64,000 nucleotides of DNA from Candidatus Aenigmatarchaeota archaeon (GTDB lineage Archaea; Aenigmatarchaeota; Aenigmatarchaeia; CG10238-14; SCSR01): NCBI GenBank assembly GCA_038998335.1, contig JAVZHQ010000001.1, positions 96,001 to 160,000 on the forward strand, read 5' to 3'. Under the pieces are notes generated by a model. It was given only the letters and a program-made list of their open reading frames with translations, was not told where the DNA came from and searched no databases. Position numbers and translations under genes: made by a program. Each line of letters opens with the position of its first letter. Positions within the stretch are counted from its first letter, which is position 1. Of this stretch, positions 57,037 through 64,000 are shown one piece after another.

Positions 57037-57184
57037 CTATTATAATTTATTATAATTTCTATTTAAACTTTTCTTACCACTAAAAGTAGCAGTTTTGAAT
57101 TTTTACCTACAGAAAACTTTAAAAATTAAGGAGAATATTTAATTTTACCAAGTTGATGACTTTTTTTGAGATTTTGGTGTTAGT

Positions 57185-58147
57185 ATGAGCGAACTGATAA
57201 GCCTAGAAAAGGAAGCGAAAGTTTGCTCCGAGCTACTCAAAAAAATAAGGGATTTGGGGGCAAGGGTTCCGACTAATCATGATGCTTACGTTTCTACAGT
57301 GGAAGAATTTAAAAGAGTACTCTCGCAACTTTACGAAACGACAAGATTATGCTCAGATATTCCAGAAGAATGGAAGGAAAAAAGAAGCGAAAGAATAAAA
57401 GGAGCTATGAGGTTTAGCGAAAAGATAGTTTCAGAAGAAGACATAACTCAGTGGACTTTTCACTTATCACCTCTTAGGGCTCAAACTTTAAACTTATGCA
57501 TGGCTCCGATTTACATGAGCAGGATTTACAAAACAAACGCTTGGCTAAGGAATTTTAGGATAAGAGGAATTCAAAGAGAGCTTTTAATCGATTCCTTAAG
57601 CTACGCTTCAAGTTATGAAAAAAGAAAGATTCTTGAAATTGAAGAAAGAGCAAGGAAAGGAGAAGAAGTAAACCCAAGAATAATGATATCAAAGGCAAAG
57701 TACGATACAAGCCCCTTTGGCCAAGGAAAAATCGTTTATTCCTTTTCTCAGTTCATCGAGCCCTCGATTATTTTACTTAACCAGCCTTTAAACAAAATAG
57801 AAGAAATAAAGAAAAGGATAAATTCCCTAGCTCTTATGCCAGACGTAAAATCCTTGCTCTTAAACAACATAAGAAAGTACAGAATAGAGGAAGTCTACCC
57901 AGGGCCTTACATTTTAACTTTAATAGAAAGCAGAAAAGAAGAAATGACTCAAGTCTTAAGAGAGTACATTTCAAGAATTCCTGCTGCAAGAAAAAGGTTG
58001 TGCAACCCAGTTTTCATCTGGCAATTTTTCTTCGACGCAATCTTCTACGATAAAAAAATGCAAGTTTTAGACTGTTACTTAATCCCATTAGGTTATAAAA
58101 AAGAAGAAACAAAAGTTGAGCAAGAAAAGCTTCCTTATGTTTCTTAA
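57185..58147 (+). CDS. Hypothetical protein
   Basis: 320 aa ORF, no recognised motif. Confidence 0.55.
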   Translation: MSELISLEKEAKVCSELLKKIRDLGARVPTNHDAYVSTVEEFKRVLSQLYETTRLCSDIPEEWKEKRSERIKGAMRFSEKIVSEEDITQWTFHLSPLRAQTLNLCMAPIYMSRIYKTNAWLRNFRIRGIQRELLIDSLSYASSYEKRKILEIEERARKGEEVNPRIMISKAKYDTSPFGQGKIVYSFSQFIEPSIILLNQPLNKIEEIKKRINSLALMPDVKSLLLNNIRKYRIEEVYPGPYILTLIESRKEEMTQVLREYISRIPAARKRLCNPVFIWQFFFDAIFYDKKMQVLDCYLIPLGYKKEETKVEQEKLPYVS

Positions 58148-58791
58148 TCTTTTATCTCAAAGTCATACTCAGGGTATTCTTCTTCTTCCTCTATCCCGTT
58201 AATTATTTCCTTTAACTCATAATGCTTTATCGGTACACGACCCCAAGGAGCTATGTTTCTCAATTTTTCTATTTTTTCAGGAGGTAAGGCTTCTAATGGA
58301 TTTTTAGATGGAATTGGGTATAAAGTTATTTCTGCTCCATAAACAACTGGCTCTCCTTTTTCAACAGCATAGTGCAATAGCAAACATCTTTTTTTGGCAC
58401 TAGCTATTTGCGGGTCAGTCAAATCATCTTCCAAATTTCTTAAAATCTTTCTCAGAACTTCTGGGCTAGTCCTTTCAAGATATTCTAAAGAGTCTGTCGG
58501 CACATCTATTCTGTTTTCTCTGCAATAACTCAAAATTCTTGCAAGCAGAATATCTCTTTCCTCGCAAGCATTTTCTATTTCTTTTATCTTTTCTCCTAAA
58601 CCATTTTTTTCGCAAGTTAATACTATAGTTTCTCTTTCATCGTAAGGATAAGATGTGTAAAGTTTGTACTCTTCTACTTTTTTTACTTTTCCGTCTACTA
58701 AAACCTCTTTTTCTTCTGACTTGATTGCATATACTTCTTTTTTATACAGCCTTTTTATCAGCTTTCCCAAGATTCTTATCTGCTCTATCAT
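58144..58791 (-). CDS. Hypothetical protein
   Basis: ORF; probable start MIEQIR. Confidence 0.55.
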   Translation of the reverse strand: MIEQIRILGKLIKRLYKKEVYAIKSEEKEVLVDGKVKKVEEYKLYTSYPYDERETIVLTCEKNGLGEKIKEIENACEERDILLARILSYCRENRIDVPTDSLEYLERTSPEVLRKILRNLEDDLTDPQIASAKKRCLLLHYAVEKGEPVVYGAEITLYPIPSKNPLEALPPEKIEKLRNIAPWGRVPIKHYELKEIINGIEEEEEYPEYDFEIKD

Positions 58792-58937
58792 ACTAAATAA
58801 AATTAAGTGAAATAAGCTTAAAAACTTTTGTTTTTTAAACAAAAACACATGCAAACACTTAAAAAATTTTTATAACTACCTAAAAGTTAGAACTAACTTT
58901 ACTTAACTTAAATAAATTCAGAGATTAATTATATAGT

Positions 58938-59639
58938 ATGGGTTTTAAAAGCAAAAAAGGTCAATTCTTTCCTTATACAGACTCAGCTCCAAGAAAAACT
59001 TTCCCAATTTTAACAATTCTTTTAATAATTCTAAACGTTTCGATTTTTATCTGGAGCCTAACTTCAGAAGAAGTTCCTTATGTTATTGAAGGCAAGCGTG
59101 TATTAATTCCAGAAGTTTACATAAGGTATGGTTTTATTCCAGCAAAATTTTCCTTTTTCTCTTTTTCATCGATAGCAACGATTTTCACTTCTATGTTTTT
59201 GCATGGCGGCATAGACCACATTTTTGGAAACATGTGGTACCTTTGGATTTTTGGTGATAACGTTGAGGATAAGCTAGGAAAAATAAAGTTTCTTTTGCTC
59301 TACTTTCTCTCAGGAATAGGAGCAACTTTCCTTCACTACATAACAAACTTAAACTCAGAAATTCCTGCAATAGGAGCTTCCGGAGCAATTTCAGGAATTC
59401 TAGGCTCTTACTTGCTTCTTTTCCCAAGAGAAACGATTTTAACAAGGTTTGGCTATATGTTTGTAAGAATCCCAGCTTTCATAGTCATAGGCTTTTGGTT
59501 TTTTATTCAGTTTCTCTTTGGTACTATAAGCTTTCTTGGAGGAATAGGAAGCGGAATCGCTTTTTTTGCCCATGTTGGTGGTTTTATCTTCGGCTTTCTT
59601 TTCACTTTAATTCTCAAAAATTCTCAGAGTGAATTTTGA
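58938..59639 (+). CDS. Rhomboid intramembrane serine protease
   Basis: SMFLHGG..HIFGNM, GDNVED, GASGAISG, AHVGG. Confidence 0.93.
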   Translation: MGFKSKKGQFFPYTDSAPRKTFPILTILLIILNVSIFIWSLTSEEVPYVIEGKRVLIPEVYIRYGFIPAKFSFFSFSSIATIFTSMFLHGGIDHIFGNMWYLWIFGDNVEDKLGKIKFLLLYFLSGIGATFLHYITNLNSEIPAIGASGAISGILGSYLLLFPRETILTRFGYMFVRIPAFIVIGFWFFIQFLFGTISFLGGIGSGIAFFAHVGGFIFGFLFTLILKNSQSEF

Positions 59640-60133
59640 TAAACTACTCTATGAAAACCCTTTGCCTTTTCTATTAAACCAAAATAAGGTTTTATATCGT
59701 CTGGAAAAACCCATGTCCTTTCTTTTTCAGGAACTCCTGTAGGGTCAACAACAAATTTTTTTCCTTCAAAAGAAAGCATCAGCAAGAAGAAATGCCTATC
59801 ATCATAATTTTTCAAGACAATTTCATAAAAATAATTTTTTGCACAAGACTCTTTCAAAGTTTGTTTTGCTAACTCAATAACTTTCGGAATGTATCTACAT
59901 AAGCCAGGCCTCCAAGCATAGCCAGTTTTTTTACACAATTTTTCAAGAAAATCTTTTACCGCTTTTCTCTCCTCTTTTTTTAATCCACTCTTTTCAAAAT
60001 ACTTTGAAAATTTATCAAAACTTTCGCTTCTTGATTTTTCAATCATTTCTTCTACCAACTTGCTATCATAAAGAGATGGTTTAAAAACCTCTTCGCTAAA
60101 TATTTCAATCAATTCTTCTAGCTTACTTTTCAT
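59624..60133 (-). CDS. Hypothetical protein, possible transglutaminase-like fold
   Basis: GLC, H, VDPTG pattern. Confidence 0.45.
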   Translation of the reverse strand: MKSKLEELIEIFSEEVFKPSLYDSKLVEEMIEKSRSESFDKFSKYFEKSGLKKEERKAVKDFLEKLCKKTGYAWRPGLCRYIPKVIELAKQTLKESCAKNYFYEIVLKNYDDRHFFLLMLSFEGKKFVVDPTGVPEKERTWVFPDDIKPYFGLIEKAKGFHRVVYQNSL

Positions 60134-60134
60134 A

Positions 60135-60965
60135 CTAAAACTTATAACCCAAACTTTCAAATACTTTTTTCATCTTTAAGCTGTCTTGCTCCAATACGGG
60201 CGATTCAGAAATTATGGTAACGTTTAGCTTTCTTTTCAAAATCTCTTTTGCTAAAGGCTCAAAAGGTGGTGAATTATCCATAGGAACATGCTCTTTCTCG
60301 TTACCAAAACCTGTTGCTTTTACAGGAGTGAACTTTATGCCAGAAAAATGCATGTGCAAGTGCTTAAGTTTTAGTTCTTCTATTTCATCAAAAATTCTCT
60401 TGTAATCTATTTTTCCGCAATTTCTCGCAAATATATGAGCAGGATCTAAAGCTAAAGTGAAACCTTTAACTCTTTTGCTCAACTTAATCAATTCTTCCAA
60501 AGTTCCAAACTGACTTACTTTTCCTGTAGTTTCTCCTGCAAGCAAAACTTTTTTTATTCCTTTTTCTTTTGCTTTTTCCAAAATATCTTTAACTTCTCTT
60601 TCTACTATTTCAAAAGCCTTTTCCTTTTCTAAACCAGAATAATAAGCTAGGTGAGCAACCACAACCTCAGCTTTAAGCCTTTCAGCCCTATCCATGGAAT
60701 CAAGAATAAATTTTTTGCTCGCTTCTACAGTTTGTTTTTTTGCTGAGCAAAGGTTTAGAAAATAAGGAGCATGAACAGAAAGCTTTATTCCTAAACTTTC
60801 TGCTAATTTTCCAGCTTCTTCTGCAGCCTTCTCGCTCAAATAAACGTTTCTAACAAACTCAATTTCCATAGCGTTAAGCTTAAGCTCAGAAACAGTTCTA
60901 ATTCCTCCTAGTGTGCTTCTATCTTTCGCTACTGTAGGAATTCCAGCAGGTCCAAGCCAAATCAT
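60135..60965 (-). CDS. nfo: Endonuclease IV-like AP endonuclease (TIM barrel)
   Basis: SVHAPYFLNL, ETTGKVSQFG, DPAH, HMHFSGI, EKEH, ISESP. Confidence 0.85.
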   Translation of the reverse strand: MIWLGPAGIPTVAKDRSTLGGIRTVSELKLNAMEIEFVRNVYLSEKAAEEAGKLAESLGIKLSVHAPYFLNLCSAKKQTVEASKKFILDSMDRAERLKAEVVVAHLAYYSGLEKEKAFEIVEREVKDILEKAKEKGIKKVLLAGETTGKVSQFGTLEELIKLSKRVKGFTLALDPAHIFARNCGKIDYKRIFDEIEELKLKHLHMHFSGIKFTPVKATGFGNEKEHVPMDNSPPFEPLAKEILKRKLNVTIISESPVLEQDSLKMKKVFESLGYKF

Positions 60966-61003
60966 ACTAATTTATTTTCAAGTTTTAAAAGAATTAATTT
61001 TTG

Positions 61004-61168
61004 CTAAATTGGAAAAACAATCCTGAGAATTATTTCCATAAGAATTATAGCAATAACTATGTAAACAACATGCTCTGGCTTAATCTTTATAACTTCCTTT
61101 TCCTCTTCACTATATCTCAACAACCCTCCTGCTCCCATGGGCATGTAAAGTTTTTCTCTTCTTGCCAT
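61004..61168 (-). CDS. secG: Preprotein translocase subunit Sec61-beta
   Basis: GAGGLLRYSEE...IKIKPEHV + TM; probable start MARREK. Confidence 0.85.
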   Translation of the reverse strand: MARREKLYMPMGAGGLLRYSEEEKEVIKIKPEHVVYIVIAIILMEIILRIVFPI

Positions 61169-61287
61169 AGCACCACTAGTTTGGATAATAGTAAAGGTTT
61201 TCTTCTTCAATAAAATTTTGTATGAACTCTTCAGAAATTTTCATGAATTTTATAAACTCAAGCTCGTTCAACTTTTTTCTTTTCATA

Positions 61288-61944
61288 CTAAAAAATTAAG
61301 CGTTGGAAATATATATAAAGATGTTGAGGCGAAGTTATAACACCAAAGTACGGGTTTGCTGCTCTTAATCTTGCTATAACTCTTAAATCACGTTCACAAC
61401 AAAAACCCAAGGTTAACATGCCAGCCCTTTTTCCAGCGATAATATCTTCCTTGCTGTTTCCCACGTAAAGACATTTTTTTGTTTCTAAATTTAAATCTCT
61501 TGCCAAGCAAATCAAAGCATCAGGCTCAGGTTTTGGTCTTAAGTTTCTTTCCTCTATTTCATCCCAAGTTATCATTCCGTCTATATACTCTACAATTTTA
61601 TTCTTTCTGGCTATTTCTTCAACAACACTTCTTGGAGAATGGGTTACTATACCTTGAATTTTTCCATGCTTTTTATTGTACTTCAGAACTTTTTTCACTT
61701 CTGGTATGACTTTTATTTTATCAGTTTTATTTTTGTAAGCTTCTTCTGCTTTTTCTGGCTCTATTTTTTGCCTTCTCAAAAATTTTTTCCAGTCGTAGTG
61801 TAAGCGTTGCAACATTCTGTAACTTAAGCTAGGTTTTATTCCCATTTCTTTACAAATCTCGTAATAAGTTTCTCTTATAAACTTATCTGATTTAACTATG
61901 GTTCCGTCAAAATCGTAAAGTATTCCCGTTATCAAAAGACTCAT
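61288..61944 (-). CDS. HAD-superfamily hydrolase
   Basis: DFDGT, PKPEPD, YVGNS..DIIAG. Confidence 0.88.
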   Translation of the reverse strand: MSLLITGILYDFDGTIVKSDKFIRETYYEICKEMGIKPSLSYRMLQRLHYDWKKFLRRQKIEPEKAEEAYKNKTDKIKVIPEVKKVLKYNKKHGKIQGIVTHSPRSVVEEIARKNKIVEYIDGMITWDEIEERNLRPKPEPDALICLARDLNLETKKCLYVGNSKEDIIAGKRAGMLTLGFCCERDLRVIARLRAANPYFGVITSPQHLYIYFQRLIF

Positions 61945-62034
61945 TAAAATGAGTAGGAAAAATGAGTTTAAAAAGGTTTTTTTAAGGAATTTAAAAATTT
62001 TAAGCTTTCTTCCTTTTAAAATTGAAAAAAGGAA

Positions 62035-62292
62035 GGCGTGCTAGCCATAGCCCCTCTTATGTTTTGGTAGCATTTGTCTAAGCGTTTCAAACTTGCATCC
62101 CAGGCCTACCAGACCGTTTCATCCTTTTAGCCTCAACTCAGCTTTCGCATCATGGTTAGCGAAGCTAAAAGGTCTCGTTTCTGATTCTGGTAGAGGCTTC
62201 TCAGCCTGCTGCTTAAGCAGCACCTTAAGGGATGGAGGGAACTTCCTCAGCTTTGCTTTGATGCAAAGCCGAAGCTACCTGGCTAGCTCGCC
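62035..62292 (-). ncRNA. rnpB: RNase P RNA
   Basis: GC-rich island; - strand GGCGAGCUAGCC...GAGGAAGUUCCCUCC...AGAAAC...UGAAACGG...GCAAG...AAACAUAAGAGGGGCUA...GGCUAGCACGCC; TATA about 25 nt upstream. Confidence 0.92.
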
Positions 62293-62371
62293 TATATTTT
62301 TATTACCCCAACAACTTATAAATTTTTCTTTTAGTTTTAAAAATAAGAGAAAGGAAAAAGAAATTAATATT

Positions 62372-63085
62372 ATGGCAGAAAGAGTTTCCTCAGGAATTAA
62401 AGGTTTAGACGAGCTTATAGGTGGAGGCTTTATTCGCTCTTCTTCTATAATGGTTAGTGGAAAAACAGGAAGTGGAAAAACTCTTTTTTCAGTTCAGTTT
62501 TTGTACGATGGCTTGCTTAAAAACGAGCCTGCAGTTTATGTAACTTTTGAGGAAAGAGTAGAAGATATAAAAAAGGATATAGAAGAAACTTTCGGCTGGG
62601 ATTTGGAACCTTTTGAAAAAAAGAACAAGCTTCTATGGCTTCCTTTAAGAATAAAAAGGGTTTGGCATCCTGTTGAGAAAAAAGAAGTTCTTTCCATGGG
62701 GTTTTACCAGATAGTTCAAAAAATTCTTGAGGCTGTTGATAAGATAAAAGCAAAAAGGCTTGTTATAGATTCGATTTCAGCAATAGAGATGATGTTTAAA
62801 GATAAGTACATGATACGCTCAGAAGTTGTTTCGCTGGTAGATGCTTTAAAAGAAAAAGGCGTTACAACAATTTTCATCTCAGAAGTTCCAGAATCTGAAA
62901 TGGGAGTTAGTAGATTACAATTTCTAGAGTTTGTTGTCGACACAATAATCAAGCTTGATTTTGTTTACATAGCAAAAGAATATCAAAGAACTTTAACTGT
63001 GAGAAAAATGAGAAGAAGTAAGCATTCAACTTTGATTCACCCTTTTGTTATAAAAGAAAATGGAATAGAAGTTTTAAGAGTTTAA
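62372..63085 (+). CDS. KaiC/RAD55-like RecA-superfamily ATPase
   Basis: True start MAERVSSGIKGLD; GKTGSGKT, VIDSIS, RKMRRSKH. Confidence 0.88.
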   Translation: MAERVSSGIKGLDELIGGGFIRSSSIMVSGKTGSGKTLFSVQFLYDGLLKNEPAVYVTFEERVEDIKKDIEETFGWDLEPFEKKNKLLWLPLRIKRVWHPVEKKEVLSMGFYQIVQKILEAVDKIKAKRLVIDSISAIEMMFKDKYMIRSEVVSLVDALKEKGVTTIFISEVPESEMGVSRLQFLEFVVDTIIKLDFVYIAKEYQRTLTVRKMRRSKHSTLIHPFVIKENGIEVLRV

Positions 63086-63672
63086 GCTTTAGCGAAATCT
63101 TCAACTTTAAAGTTAAACTCAGCGTCTGACTTTATCTCTTTTCTTTCTTTCAATATTTCTCTCGCTAAAAGCCAAAGAATAGTTGCTAAGGCTTTCTTTC
63201 CTTTGTTGTTAGCAGGAACAATTAAATCAATATTTTTTGTTTCGTTTATCGTATCGCAAAGGGCAACTACAGGAATTCTTGCTTTTACTGCTTCCTTCAA
63301 AGCCTGATAATCTATTAAAGGATCAAAAATGAAAACAACTTCTGCCTCATAGTATTCTTTGTAAGAAGGGTTTGTTAGAGTTCCTGGCATAAACCTTCCA
63401 AGAATAACTTTTGCTCCTATAACCTCAGCAAATCTTTTTATTCCTTCTTGAACAGAAGACTTTCTGCTTACTATTAGAATTTTTTTATGTCTTGCTAAGA
63501 ATTTTGCAGCAACCCTTATTCTCTCATCAATTTTTTTCAAGTTTAAAATACAAAGTCCATCTTCCCTTACTTTGTAGATAAACTCCTTCATATCCTTAGT
63601 TTTTTGCTTCATTCCTATGTGAATTCCAGATGCCAAATACTGCTGCCTAGGAATTAATAGTTTGCTTACCAT
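63082..63672 (-). CDS. rps2: 30S ribosomal protein uS2
   Basis: YLASGIHIG, GRFMPGTLTNP, PANNKG, WLLARE. Confidence 0.96.
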   Translation of the reverse strand: MVSKLLIPRQQYLASGIHIGMKQKTKDMKEFIYKVREDGLCILNLKKIDERIRVAAKFLARHKKILIVSRKSSVQEGIKRFAEVIGAKVILGRFMPGTLTNPSYKEYYEAEVVFIFDPLIDYQALKEAVKARIPVVALCDTINETKNIDLIVPANNKGKKALATILWLLAREILKERKEIKSDAEFNFKVEDFAKA

Positions 63673-63676
63673 TCTC

Positions 63677-64000
63677 TTAACCTATGTAGCTAAGCTTTTC
63701 TTCTTTTCCTGGTTTTTCCACAGATTTAAGCAATTGTCCTAAAGCTCTTTTTTGCACGTCTTCAACTTTTTTTATAAAATCTTCCATCTCTTTTACTTTT
63801 TTCTCTATTTTACTTGTGTCTATCTTAACGTTAAGTATTTTTACCACAACTTTAAGCAAGGCTTCTGCACTTTTTTGGTCTGGTATTATAGGAAAGCCTA
63901 CAGTTTCACCAAGCAGACAAACTCCTTTCATCCCTCTTACTTTTCCTAAACCTATTATCAAACCAGAAGCTCCAACTATTGTCCCAACTCTACTTCCTGC
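63677..64000 (-). CDS. PAC2-family proteasome assembly chaperone, C-terminal part
   Basis: IVGASGLIIG...CLLGET...DQKSA, C-terminal YIG; frame continues off window. Confidence 0.8.
   Translation of the reverse strand, partial: AGSRVGTIVGASGLIIGLGKVRGMKGVCLLGETVGFPIIPDQKSAEALLKVVVKILNVKIDTSKIEKKVKEMEDFIKKVEDVQKRALGQLLKSVEKPGKEEKLSYIG

Noticed and set aside
62093-62371. N-terminal extension of the 330-aa ORF
   Set aside because: It is antisense to RNase P RNA; the KaiC-like domain begins at ATG 62372
829-63949. Short antisense or overlapping ORFs in the track (e.g. 829-1128, 8990-9256, 16754-17170, 34384-34944, 45027-45374, 56163-56351)
   Set aside because: They shadow well-supported genes on the opposite strand and lack motifs

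Overview
AT-rich archaeal chromosome segment. The gene content (class III signal-peptide pilins, archease, Sec61-beta, uS2, eS26, PAC2, archaeal RNase P RNA, leaderless TATA promoters) is consistent with a DPANN archaeon, possibly Aenigmarchaeota-like (inference). It holds pyrG, two type IV pilus/Tad-like loci (one ATPase carries a LAGLIDADG intein), a cluster of secreted Ig-like surface proteins, a radical SAM/UbiA/GT-C cluster, trxB-gdhA-NAD kinase-dodecin, rtcB with archease, serS and a variable region at about 41.9-57 kb. Four observations stand out. (1) rtcB, encoding the RNA-splicing ligase, is interrupted by an 18-nt insertion with two in-frame stops that folds into a canonical bulge-helix-bulge (BHB) intron; removing it restores the PDMHFGYGFPIGG motif. 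A free-standing LAGLIDADG gene lies directly upstream. (2) An unannotated intergenic RNA at 28166-28269 is closed by a perfect BHB, predicting a 79-nt circular RNA. (3) A candidate RiPP cluster has a 54-aa precursor ending AYWLNWSTTT, an RRE-like protein, a SPASM radical SAM enzyme, a methyltransferase, a second radical SAM enzyme, an HExxH protein and speD/speE. (4) Six copies of the palindrome TGTTAGACGTCTAACA sit between gene modules. All calls come from reading motifs by eye; no searches were run.
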